Below are positions 12,286-24,470 of a DNA stretch of 64,000 bases, in pieces. Below the pieces are notes generated by a model that was not told the DNA's origin, did not search any database, and was given only the letters and a program-made list of their open reading frames with translations. The translations under genes were made by a program, and so were the position numbers. Where the stretch lies: the NCBI GenBank assembly GCA_964270895.1, contig OZ185444.1; one strand, given 5' to 3'. Positions within the stretch are counted from its first letter, which is position 1. Every line of letters begins with the position of its first letter. The stretch comes from Podarcis filfolensis (lineage: Eukaryota).

Positions 12286-13412
12286 ACTTGCAATGTTTTG
12301 TCTAGGCCTAGAAAGGAGTCATAACTACTAAGCTGAAATTTGGTCATGTGAGGAGACGTGGAATGGCCCATAATAGCCCATTAGTAATATGCTTTAATCA
12401 TGTGTATCACATGCCTGATCATCTTCCTGAGTCTTACATGTAACCATCTTAAAATGGGTGTGATCAACTCAGTAGTTTTCTGTCTCATGGCTTCTCAGAC
12501 TATTCTTGTCAAGGGAGCAATTATCTTACCTGGTCAAGTTTTCCCAAGTCAGGTGAGCACTTGAGGGAAGGCATAAAGACTGTGAAAAACAGAGTTGCCC
12601 CCAAGATTCCCAGCTTGGTAAGTCAGCTCAGGGAAATGGACATAAAGGAGGGATGAGGAATCTATGGTGTTGGATGCCTACATCCTATCATCCCCAGTGA
12701 GCACGATCAGTCATCAGGAGGGATGGAATTTGTAGTCAAATCATATCTGGATGGCCACAGGTGCCCTATTAATGCCATAAATCAAGAAGAGGATGGAGGA
12801 GAATGGCTTCTTCCTCCCCTCACAAAAGTCCACACCTCTCACCTTCCAGTCTTAAGATATAGAGAACTAAATTGGAGGATGATTTGAGATGAATAAGTCT
12901 GACTTTGTAGTATATATTGTGTTTTGCACCTTCATGGTGAGTAACTGCTTCTTGTCAAACCGTTTCTTCATTTGAAAGGCAGGAAAGAACTAATTTCCTT
13001 GGGTTGTAAGTGTCAGGTGATGCAAAGGTAAAGAATGCTGGGCAATGAGTAAGTGCTAATTACACCTAATTATAGACTGACTGGTCTTTCTTGGTATTAA
13101 AAACTCACAGCAAAGCTAGTATGGTGGAAGGAATGTTTCTCTCGCCTATGAATAGGATTTATTCAGTCATCGGCAGCAATATTAGTTTTCTGGATTATTT
13201 TTAAAGTGTATTAAATGTGTATGTTAGTTTCCACTAAAAAGTTCCAAAGCAATTTACAGATTAAAAAATACAATAATAAAATTACTAAATACTAAAAACT
13301 GATTTAATAATGTAATAAAATACCATTAGGGCTGCCCATGTGCCTGGGAAATTTTTTAAAAAGTGCAAAACAATTTCATCCAATTTAAAGTCAATTAATT
13401 AAAAAGTAATCT

Positions 13413-13500
13413 TAGGCTGCAATCCTATACTCACCTAGGAATAAGTCCCACTGAAGTCAGTGGAGTTTACTTCTGAGTAGACGTATAAGATATTGCACTG
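13413..13500. mobile_element. Short (~90 bp) palindromic MITE-like repeat
   Basis: taggctgcaatcct...tattgcactg; related copies at ~23110, ~38790 and 61073-61160. Confidence 0.55.
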
Positions 13501-13560
13501 TTAGAAAAGCTACATAAATTGCAGTGTCAGTTTGAAACTGGACCGGTCAGTCTAATGTAA

Positions 13561-14323
13561 GGCTGGTTTACTAGAAGCAAAATAAATTTAATAATAAATT
13601 GTGTGTCTTTGCTGAAAACGTTTTCTATTTAGTTTGTCTTCCTAATTCTCCCTGACTGGTTCCAAATGGATATGAATGATGAAAAGATGGTGGAAATATA
13701 GATGCAATCATTGACGGATATATGTGAGAATAGATGTATGTGCTGCATTTCAATGTATTGTGGAGCAAGCCTTACTGAATATACAAGGATCTGTTTTTTT
13801 TTCATAAACATACATAGTGGTTCAGGGTGCATGTATTCCTTCAAGTATAGCATTGATGACTGGAATATTATATTTCACCTTTGTAAAAAGACCATATGAA
13901 CCATAGAAAAATTAATGCTTGAGGCATCTCTACATAGTATGTCAGTGGACAGTTCTGGGTGTGTGGGGAAATTCATTGCCTTTATTTAAATATTTGGAAC
14001 ATTGTCTGCCTAATAAACGTCCAAATATGCTGGCAAAAAAATATGATATTACAAGTGGGGCCTGCAACAAAATGTTATTACAATTTATATAATTATTTTT
14101 CCCTACTTTTGCTTATTTTCGGGTTCTCTCAAGCATGTTGATATTTTTACTTCTTGTATTTTCAGTAGCCCCATTTTGGCTACATAGCCGTCATAACTCA
14201 GCAACTGAGTTTGCTATGAATATACATAATGATTATGATGATCATATAGCCTACATATAGAACATAACCTGTTATGCTAGATTGCATACTGGGCTGTACA
14301 TTTATTACATTCTAATTATATGA
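13561..14323 (+). pseudogene. Unprocessed pseudogene of the PMP22/EMP/LIM2 (PMP22_Claudin) four-TM family
   Basis: Exon-like blocks with phase-1 junctions: 13633-13735 FVFLILPDWFQ...EI*MQSLTDICENRC; ~13806/13818-13958 VVQGACIPSSIALMTGILYFTFVK...HLYIVCQWTVL; 14166-14323 ...NDYDDHIAYI*NITCYARLHTGLYIYYILII*. In-frame stops at 13699, 13904, 13913 and 14258. Aligned by eye to recalled PMP22/LIM2 sequences. Confidence 0.6.
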
Positions 14324-15669
14324 GCTTCCAGGATTTAAGATACAGTAGTTCTAATAGAACTGTGCTGTAAATGAGCTTAAGGTCCATTTACTTTTATGGA
14401 ACAAATGAGGTCCCACTGAATTCAATAAGATACTTCCAGGTAAATGTGTATAGAAATGCTGCTGTAATTTCATTTTACTAGATGTAGATTGAGTTGACTA
14501 TATGAAATCTGAAAAACATATCCTTTTGAGCACTCCATTTAGTCTTCTGGACAATGAGATTTGAACTTAAAAAGACTTGCATTAAGTGTGTTTAGGATAG
14601 GGACATAATATTTAGTCTCATTTAAGTCAAATTGGTATAATTGTATATTAATTCTGTCCTACTTTTCTGTTGTCTGGATTAGCAGGTTTACTAACATCCT
14701 GTTGGACAAACGCATTATTTTAACTGGTGGAGCTGTTATGTTCACTCTGGGCACAATCCACCAAGTTTTCCTACTATGCATAGGAAACTACAAACGTCCT
14801 ACTGAGTGGAATAGAGATGAGCAGTACAATGAACAACAGGAATAGTAATCCAGGTTTAAAACATGTCAAATTTATTTTTAATAATACAGGGCAAATTATC
14901 CTATTGATACAAGTAATATTTCATTTCATATTAATTAATCATTCATAGTATGCCCACAGCAGGTGCATTAATTTCAGTGAGGTTTACTTCCAAGCATATA
15001 TATTTAAAAATGCAGCCTTACAGCTCAGTACTGAACTGTGCTTTTGAGTAAACAAGCCACATTGAAATGTGGACTTTCAAGTAAGCGCAGTTAGGATTAC
15101 ACTCGTTATGTGACTGGCAAAATTGTACTTATATGCTTGTTTACATCTCTGGAGCTTCTAGTAGAGGTGTAATAAATAAATATTATCATACGATAAAAAT
15201 CAGTAACATGAATGCTGTAGAAGATATTTCTACTGGCTTTAGGACTATGCCAAAGCCCCTGGCTTTTGTTGTAAGTAGTAAATGCAGCTCTCGCATGCTT
15301 AACTCTGAATAGGAGGAATAAGGAGTAGAGAGACACTTTATCTACTATAAGACCTAAATGGTTCATACAGGGCAGTCTAAACCTGTCCTGCTTTCCTGCT
15401 TGTGTGCTATACAGACAGGCAAAAGAAAAACAGAGAATAATTTCCATAGCTAATAGGGGTTTAGATGCACAGAATGTGTCTCTACACCTCCCTATAAACA
15501 ACCAATGAATGCTCTATGGAGACACATATTAAACAGCATATTTGTCCACGGGAGTAGATAAAATACAACACATTCCTTATTTTTAACAGCACAGCTTCAC
15601 ATCGTTCCTTAAGTCTTGTTTTTAACCTTCCTTTGGCAACTTCAGGCCTAGGGAACCTACAGGCAAAAA

Positions 15670-16460
15670 ACTACACTTCCCAGCAACCTTGTTGCCTTTC
15701 CAGTTTTACACACAAAACACGCCGACCCCACCCCGCTTTTAGCCTACTGGTTAACGCAGCAGACCAATCTGCAGAACCCCCTAACGACTCCAGCCAATGG
15801 AAAGGCTGTTGCTAGCATGGTGCTGTTATTTTTAGAACAGCCTGCGCTCCTACACCTTGCAGGTTGTTCTGCCTATCTCAGTGCTTGCGTCTGAAGTTAC
15901 GTCGACGAAGGCAAATGCACAGGCGCACTGCTGAAAAAGTAGTCCCTGAATCGTGCGGAGTAGCACCTGCAATTGAGAGCGGACAAACGTGCTCCATGAA
16001 TAGTTAAAATGCCATCTGACATCCGTGCCTTGTGGGGTTTTGTTTAGGGGCTGTGAGCTGATTTGCATACCCTCCGGCATTTGAAGGATGAAAATAAACA
16101 GGGAAATAGAGGTGCGCTTCTGTGCAGCCTGCAGTTCGCGTGCTTTAACGCAAGGCAGCCAGTGGGGAGATCTGATGGCGCACGCCAGCCCCTTATGCCA
16201 CCGTGTTACAAATACGTATATTCTACGCTCGGATTCCAACGAAAAAAATAAAATTGGGTTTGTCGATCGACGAATAGGACACGCTCGCGCACACGCAGAT
16301 CTCAATAGTCTGGTTTAACCACGGGGATAACTCCCAAGAAAATTGGGGTGGACAGTATTCGGGGAATGGATCGCAGAGATCCTTCTGCTCCAGGATCTGT
16401 TTTCCGTGCCAGCAAAAGGTTTGGGTTGTTGTGAAGCGAGAGCGTATCCTGAGACTGCGC
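15670..16460. promoter_or_regulatory. Orphan promoter/enhancer-like CpG-enriched element
   Basis: ZNF143/THAP11-type ACTACACTTCCCAGCAACC 15670-15688, CCAAT at 15764 and 15794, octamer ATTTGCAT 16061-16068, local CpG enrichment. Confidence 0.5.
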
Positions 16461-18999
16461 AATGTGCCTCTGAGTGCCCTCTCCATAGATTGAAGGGGAA
16501 GGGGCCAAGACTACCTCACGCATTTTAAGCGAGCTCTTAAGAAAGTTCATGCACTCAAAAAGCAGGTAGTTTTAAGCTTGCCACAGAGCTGTGAAGTCGT
16601 AGCCCACGGTTTCCAGGCAAGGGCAAACCCTCCCTTCTCTCTTTCCCTTTTAAAGAAACTAACAGCTGCCATTTTTTGAAAGATCCTATGGTCGGGGATC
16701 CAATTTCCTGCCATGACAAGACTATTTTAGCAGCGTATGGCTCCGCGAAAGAGCTACAGGAACAACAGCCAAATAGGTTTTTGTCTCCGATTCCGCACCA
16801 ACACCACTTTGTCAATGCTAGATACAGACAAGTCATCCGTTGCACACCAAAGGAGTGGACTCTTGCATCTAATGAAACGGATTCTCTTTCACGAAAGCTC
16901 ATGCCATAATAAATGTGTTTACCTTTAATGTGCCACAGGGTTCTTCGATGTTTTTGTAGCAACCAGCTAACATAGCTACCTGCCTGGAAAACGCTACTTT
17001 TGAGTAAGTCCCATGGAACTTAATGGGGCTTGTTTTTGAGTATACATGATGTATAGGATTTCTCTCTTGGTAAGCCTATTCTGCAGAACACCCTCAAAAG
17101 GAAATTATCTTACTGTTCTTTAAAGAAGATTCTTGTCATGCAGAGGTTTGAGAGGAACTTCATAATTAAGATCCTAGAAAAGATGGCTTGAAATTGCTCT
17201 CCCAGCCTCCTCAGAGTGGTTTCTCCTTTGGATGGCCACAAGGAATTTAAAAGCTTACCCCACTTACACCCACTTCATGTTTGGGAACAATGCTTGGAAA
17301 AGGATGAGTGAAATCTGCAGTGCAGGGTATTTAATTTGATTTACAGAGACAAGTATTATAGAGTGTCAGTTTCACCTGTCAAAATATTGTATGTTTAAAG
17401 TGCAGGTGGATTTTTCCTGAGAGGTAAACAGGTACTAAGAGCCAATTGAGTCAATAAGAACAAAATTTTGACTATAATCCTCCATTCACCGAATCAGCTC
17501 ACAGAAACACTTTTATGGCGTAATTAAGCCAGCTGCTACTATCATCATTTCCTGGTTGAAAAAAGCCCATCACTTATGAAAATGAGGGAAGCAACACGAT
17601 TTTGATTTAGTGGACTAAAATTATGGACATATTTTATAATAATAATTAACCTCCATTAAGCAGTTCTTAACTAAACTGAATAATGTGTTTGCAAATAGTG
17701 GTCCTACTCCGTGGTACAAGCGCTGTTGCCCTAATCTACAAATCCATCCTAAACATGTTTAGCTTGTCACTTTATAAAATGCTATTTCTGCAGCATGTTT
17801 ATTTTTTTAAAAATCTAAGCACAGAACCCAATTTTTGTACAGGGCCTACGCTTACCACTAGCCATATGAGGCAACAGATGCTAGGAAGCAGCAGAGGCAG
17901 CCTCACAGGCATTCCTCCTGGCTCCAAGATTCACTCTTCGCTGTTGGATGCCAGAGCTCCACCTGCCACATGGCCTGGCCGCCCTAAATGAACCTGCTTC
18001 CCACAGGTGTGGCGGAGGCCACTGCCCCATTGCCTGTGGTGAAATAAAATCCAGCTACCAGTCCAGTTGCATTGTGTATATAAAATGGAAGTAAACCATC
18101 TTGTTCTTCACCTCAGGCTGAAAAATGTCTTGGGCTGACCCTGCAGTGAGCATATTTCTAATTCTGGACTACATCACTTATCACCCCTGTCTGTCGGCTG
18201 TGCCGTCTGAGGCTGGAGTTGGCATCTGACAGCACCAGACTGGAGGGTTACAGGACTGGGTGAACCAAAATGTTCGGTGGGAAGTGGGAGAGATTGTTCA
18301 GTTTCAGTCTAATTCAAATATCCTTCATTGGTATTATGACATACAAACATTATCAACATTTAATGGAGTAAAGTAGGAGGTAAAGCTACGGTTCTTACTG
18401 GAGAAGCACCGCTGAACATCATGGGGTTTTCTTCCAAATAAACATGCATAGATACCATCAGGCTATACAATATTTCTTGCTGCATTTGTCAGAGGCAGGA
18501 AGCTGCCTTATATCCAATCAGACTATGTGTCCATCTAGCTTAGTATTATCCACACTGCCTGGCAGCTCTCCAGGGCTTTAGTCTGAAATCTTTCTCAGCC
18601 CTAACTGAAGATAGCAGAGTAGAATCAAATATAATTACCAACCCTTGTCTCTATATTCACATTCACTAATTGGTGGTGAAAGGTGCTAACCACCCACTCA
18701 CACCATTAGTGAGGCTTAAGGGTGGGAAATATGGAATTTTCCCACCTCCAGCACATCTTATGGCGCGGGGAGTATTTCTGTCTCCATAAATGATGTCTAT
18801 GGAAGAAAGCTTATTGCAGATTAATTAACTCAGATTACAAGGGGCAAAGTCTTCAGTATAAAAGCTTGATCTCTCATGCAGTCTAAGCCTATATAGGTTT
18901 ACTCGGAAGTAAGTAAAGGGGTCCAATCTATTTAAAATTTCCTTGGTTTGTTCTCAGGAGGGTTCTCTGAAGGGTTGAATACAAGTTGTTGCCTGTCAC

Positions 19000-21900
19000 A
19001 GAATGAAGAGGGGAAATTCATTAAAACGTACCAAAAAAATAAATAAATATCCGTGGCAAATGACGGACTTTGTTTACGGGAGGCGTTTCCAAGCATCTGA
19101 AACAACAATATAACGCGCCCGGCGCAGAACGGGTTAATTTAAAGCCCGTGTTTGGGAAAGTAGTTCCAGCCTGCCCTCCCTCCCCTTCCTTGTCCTTTGC
19201 AGGACGCGTCACCCTGGGTGTGGAAGGGAATATCCATGCGCAGGGTTGCTAAGGGTGAAACTTTTCATTTACTTTGCTCACTTTGGGCCAGGGAGAGGGT
19301 GGCTTCAGGTTCCCTGCGCAGGGAGGGAAGGAAGGAAGTAGGGGGCGCCCCAGTCAACATCCCCCACCCCACTTCTGATTGGGCCTGTAGAAGGGGGAGA
19401 AGTTATCTAAAACAGCATCCATTTAATTTTTTTATATAAAAAAAATCGAACGCCCACCACCATATCAGCACTTTGTGAGAGAGGAACTCCCAAGAAACAC
19501 CCTGGAAAGAAAAAGAAGCCACCAAACCATCTCACCTGGTGCTGAAAAAAAGAAGTAAGTGACGGCTTATTGCTAGAATTGAGGGGTGATGAGGGCAAAG
19601 GAAGAGGAACGATTTCCATAGTCACACGATTTAAATATTTTCTTGAACGATGTTTTTCTTCCGCACGCCGGCTTATCTCGTTGGGGTTTTGCTTGCGCCT
19701 CGTATATTCCTTTAAGGAACGAATTAATCGCATTGTGCTAATAAGATTTTCAGAAGCCGCCAGTCTTCCAACTCCGCTTCTGGTTCCCTCAAGGAGAGAA
19801 GGGCTGGCTTCTACTCAAATCATCGTAGGCAGATCTGCTCTGCCCCTTTAATAGAAAGGAGGAAAAAAATGAATCCCTGCCTTAGTCTTAATAGCGCTGT
19901 GTCTCTTACACGGCACTCCCCACTCCAAAAGCGATTAATGTTTTTCATTTCATCGTGATGGGAGGTTGAAAGTCATTTGGGTTGAACGATTGAAAAATGT
20001 CCCCGGTTCACCATTTTGTTTTTACTCATTTTACCGGAGTGGATTAAAAACAAACAACAACAGCCACCCCAGATCCCTCAGGCAATTCGCGAGGATCGAG
20101 TCCTTGGACCACCTATCGTGCAAAAAACCCTCCTCTCTGCCTTCCTCCCAGGTTCGTGTGAATTAGGGGAGGAAATTTGGATCCTTTTTAAGAACGTAAA
20201 CGGTGGTGGAGGTAACAACAACACCAACAACAACAGGGCTGGACCCAAAGGGGTGGCCGTGGGGGATCTTTGGGATCCGAGCGAGCGAGGAAGAAGATGG
20301 TTTCTGTTTCGCTCAATCCGGATCAATACTCAAAAGCTTGGCTTTTGTCAGGAAAAAAGATGGTTCCAGCCCGTTTTGTGCTCGAACTTTCTTTCCCCCT
20401 CCCTCCTCGGAATAGAGCCCCGGGGGCCTCTTTGGGATTTCTTATGTCACAAACGCAGACCTAAAACAAAGCAAATATAGATATGTTTATATTATAGTGC
20501 GGGGTTAAAAGGGGGGGGGGGAGAAATCCAGCCTCCCGCAGCCGCACAGCTTAAGTGGGATGATGAACTTGTTCTCCTTCCCGCAGTGATTTAATAATGG
20601 GATGGAGGAGGGGAGGCTCAGGAAAACCAAACGGCAGCACTGGACTCGGTTTTGGGAGCAGCTTTCGGTGTGGGAAGGGCCTTTGGCCGTCTTCTTCCTC
20701 TCATTCATCGTGACAGCCACCCTGTGAGGTCAATTAGGCCCAGGGATCTGCCTCGGAGGGCCCTGCAGGTGCGGGCCTGGGGCGGCTTGGAGCCCAAAGC
20801 CACATTTTTGCACTGCCCTCGAATTTAATTTTGGGGTGTCACCTCCGCGCCCCCCATTATTGAGAAGGGAAGGCTCTCAGCTATGGGGCGGGGGCGCCTG
20901 TGACCCAGAAGTTTGGGCGGCCCTGAAGGGAGAGCCCAGAGCCTGGAGGTAAAGGTCAGGGCCAGATCACCTTCACTCGGCCTCCGCTTCTCCTCGGCCT
21001 CCGCCCATCTTTGGGGGGGGGGCTTCCTTTAGGAAGAGGGGGCTGCAAGCGGTTCTTTGGTGCGTGCTTCCCTCGGGAAGGGGAGGCCGGCTGCTGGTTG
21101 GGGAGGGAACAGGGGAAGCGGCCTTTCCTCCTCCTCGCCCCCCAGTGCGGGCCGCATCTCCCGGCTTGGTGCCTTGGCTGTCAGTTTCAAGGCGCACTTG
21201 TACTAGCGGGGATTTACTTTCGAGTATTGCAAGGACGCCTGGCGAAGTCTCTGTTTCGTAGGCCTAGCAGCTCTTCCTGTGTGTGTGTGTTGGTGTGTCT
21301 TTTTTTGGGGGGGGGGGTGTTGTCTACTTCTGAGCTACCCAGCAGGAACAGATGTGAGTTGCAACCGTAACAATAAGCCCTGATTGAAATTTCCTCCGCT
21401 TAATCCATCTCCCGCCCCGCAAGCCGCCTCTCCGCGCGGGGGAGAAAGAGGCCGAGAAATTAGTTATTCCACATAGAAATCCAACAATGCAAGATGGCAT
21501 GTTGAGGCTGGAGGGGGGGAAGCGTTGAGCAATCGAGCACAGAGAGCGCATGCGCCTTGGAAAATTTTGTGCCGTGCTCCACTGAGCAGGCGCTCGCTGT
21601 CTGGGCCAGCTTTGGCGCAAAGCATATTGAGAAGGGTAGTTAAAAGGCAAAGTAGGTCACTCGCCCAGGCGCTGCATCTTGTGTAGGAGAAAAGCAGGGC
21701 TCGCTACGTAGTACAACTCCCGGGACACTCCAGTCGAGGCAGAGCGGAGGGGAGGGGGCTAGCTCTAATGGATGTTGAGGCTTCCTTGGCTGGGTCATTC
21801 ATCCGTGGACCTTGGCACGGGCGATTATTGAAGTTGTGGGGCAGGAGGCGGGCGTGGAGCAGGTCCCCGTGCGGGACGGTAATGCCAGTTTTGCGTGCGC

Positions 21901-22300
21901 GAGGAGGCCTGGGAGGGAGGTGCCCTGTGCAAATAACGCCCACAGACGCAGGAGGTTTTGGCAGGAGAAGAGGGAGTGGGTTGTGCAATCGTGGATCGAG
22001 AACGTGTCTTCCTCGGGCTTGCCCCTCCCCAGGCACCGTCGCTTTGTATTGCATCTGTACGTACTTCAGATTATCCTCTGAAATTGGGTGCATTGGTGAG
22101 GTGGGGTCAACTGAATCGAAGGTTGCTCTTTTGCTTGGGTGTGGCTTGCAAGCAAATGTTAGGAGACTATTATGAGATTCTGGTTTATATTGGGATAAAG
22201 CAATGGTGGCTTTATGAAGCCAGCGTTGTACCGCTTTCCTCCCCCCAATAATTGCCTTATTTTGTGTAAGGGTCAGAAACCTAGCTGACAAGGTCATTAT
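19000..22300. promoter_or_regulatory. CpG island / TOB2 promoter and non-coding first exon region
   Basis: Long CpG-rich tract 4-7 kb upstream of the TOB2 coding exon; perfect NRF1 GCGCATGCGC 21546-21555, ZNF143-like AGTACAACTCCCGGGA 21710-21725, YY1-like CAAGATGGC 21490-21498. Exact exon 1 donor not resolvable (candidates ~20768, ~20949, ~21354, ~21879). Confidence 0.75.
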
Positions 22301-24289
22301 TTAAAGTATTTACTCAGTATGATTGGACCACTGTAGAATTTCCTCATGTGCAAGTGATGTACCTTGACAATGCCTGTATTACTGAGACATTATGCCCTAA
22401 TGCCGGAGATGGTTCTTGCATCGAATCATAGGCAAATGTTGTGTAGCTCATTATTCCACATTGTGTCATGTGCTTGTAATTGTCTCGTGCAAAATAAATT
22501 GCTACTTGCCTCTGACATTTTCAGAACCATAGGCTGTCCTGAGGTAATGTGCACCTTTATTGATGAAGTTCTGCAGAGAAAACAAGGGATTCCGTATTGA
22601 CTGTTATGCTTTGCCACCTGCAGTCGTCCCCTGTGTAGGTTGCCATATTAACAGCCTAGGGATTACTGAATCCTGATGGATATAAAGCTTATTTTGTTGA
22701 CATGTAAGCTAGATTTATATTCCTTAGTGGACCTTTTTTCTAAAATAATTTAGACTGTTGTGCTAAATTACGTGGGGTCAGCTAGTGTTTGATTATTATT
22801 ATTTGTATAGATGCTATAACACAAACATTTAATTTATCATTGTAGTGATAAATGCAGCATGGTATAGCCAAAGAGTAGAAGATTAGATATCTGTAGTTTT
22901 TCATACTATCTTTGAAGACTCACAACCATCAAAGTTCTGCTTGAAGAAAAGTAATACATTCCTTTCATTTCCCTGAGAGAGAAAGAGCCAGATGGACAAG
23001 GGAACTCCTGTGAGAGACAATCTTTCCATTCTCCAGCTGTAGATGCCTGTCTTAAAGCTATACTATGAAAGAGCACCTCTCAATCAGGACAATGCTATTT
23101 AGGTCTGAAGGTTGCAATCCTTTGTACACTTATTGGCAAGTATGTCCCTTTCAACTTGGTGGTATTTACTCCTGTGCATAATTACTCTGAAGTGAGCTGT
23201 AACTTAATATTCTGACCAAGGCATCCAGCATGTACATAAGCAAAAACAGTTTATTTCCTGAAAACATACTTGTAGACAGCTCTGTGTCCCTTTAGAAAGA
23301 AAGAAATACTATCAGATCTGAATTATAGTAGCTAGTTTCCAAAATGTGGCATCCTTATAGAAATATAAGGTCTCTTAATGCCAGTCATGTATTACCCTCT
23401 CAAGTTTGCTAAGCTTTCAGTACAGCAGACTGAAACTTTGCTATATGTGGAATAAATGCAGCCTATTTGTTTACTGAGTGTGGTGTGGGTTGAACTTGCA
23501 CATGAGCTTCTGTTCCAAGCTGATTGTGTGCTTTATGGTAGGGGTTCGCAAACTGAATATCATTCAGGTGTCTCACAGCATGCTGGTGAAGGAATTCTAT
23601 AGAATCCTATGAAATTCAAATTGTAGTGCAACAAAATAACAATATAAGAAAAGAAGAAGCAATAAAAATACAATTAAAAATCATACAGTATTTAGCACAG
23701 TGCATTCTGTTGTGAACTGCCCTGTGATCTTTGGATAAATGGCAGTATGCAAATGTAATAATAAAATTACAAATAATTATAATTGCTGCAAGAGGCATAA
23801 ACAGAATTTAGGGGTTTGCCAAGACCCGCAGGGGCTCTGTGGGGGGAGAAATTTGAGGATCATTGCTTTAACAATAGTTCTTTAGCCAGAAATCCATTGG
23901 AAGGCTCCATCTTAAAGAGTTTGTTTGACTGCCTAGCTTGAAAATGTTCTGCTTCTAGTTGACCTTTCAGAAATTTGCCTTACTCAAATTTCTCCTGTGG
24001 CAATTTCCATTTTAAGAAGCACATTCAAATAGCTGTGATAAAACTTCTCACGGTTTAGTAACTCCTGAAAAACAAGCTCCAAGGTCTTGGGCTGTGCTGT
24101 TAGCGGTCAGGCCATGGTCAACTATATAAGACTGCATTCAGAGGAGTTTTTTTAGAGAGCTCTTCTGTTGTTTGCTGCAACTTGATAATACAGCAGGCAT
24201 AGAATCGGCAGGTTTCTGTGGACATACTTAATGCAGAGTTTAGTTTTTTAAGGCTTTAGTGTGAAACGCAATAACACAAAGTCCTGCTA

Positions 24290-24470
24290 GTTCAAACCAA
24301 AGACCCATCAAATCCAGTTTGTTTCCTACAGTGGCCAACCAGATGCTTATGGGAACAAATACAGCATAAGTCCAATAGTCTGCTCTTGTTCCCCAGCAAC
24401 TTACAGAAGCATGTTGCTTCTGATCCTGGAGAACAGCATACAGCCATCATGACTAGTAGCCATGGCTACT
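24290..24470 (-). mobile_element. LINE (L2/CR1-clade) 3' end fragment
   Basis: Contains cagtggccaaccagatgc; related to the opposite-orientation segment at ~34905-35180. Confidence 0.5.

Noticed and set aside
13702-14141. Track ORFs 13702-13899 and 13959-14141 read as an intronless claudin
   Set aside because: The spliced model with phase-1 introns fits family motifs and exon sizes better; most of these ORFs are intron or off-frame sequence.
15850-16962. Cluster of 60-150-aa ORFs on both strands
   Set aside because: No recognisable domain or consistent splice structure; explained by local GC/CpG enrichment.
19400-22297. Many overlapping ORFs up to 197 aa
   Set aside because: Typical stop-poor CpG-island artefacts with low-complexity translations.
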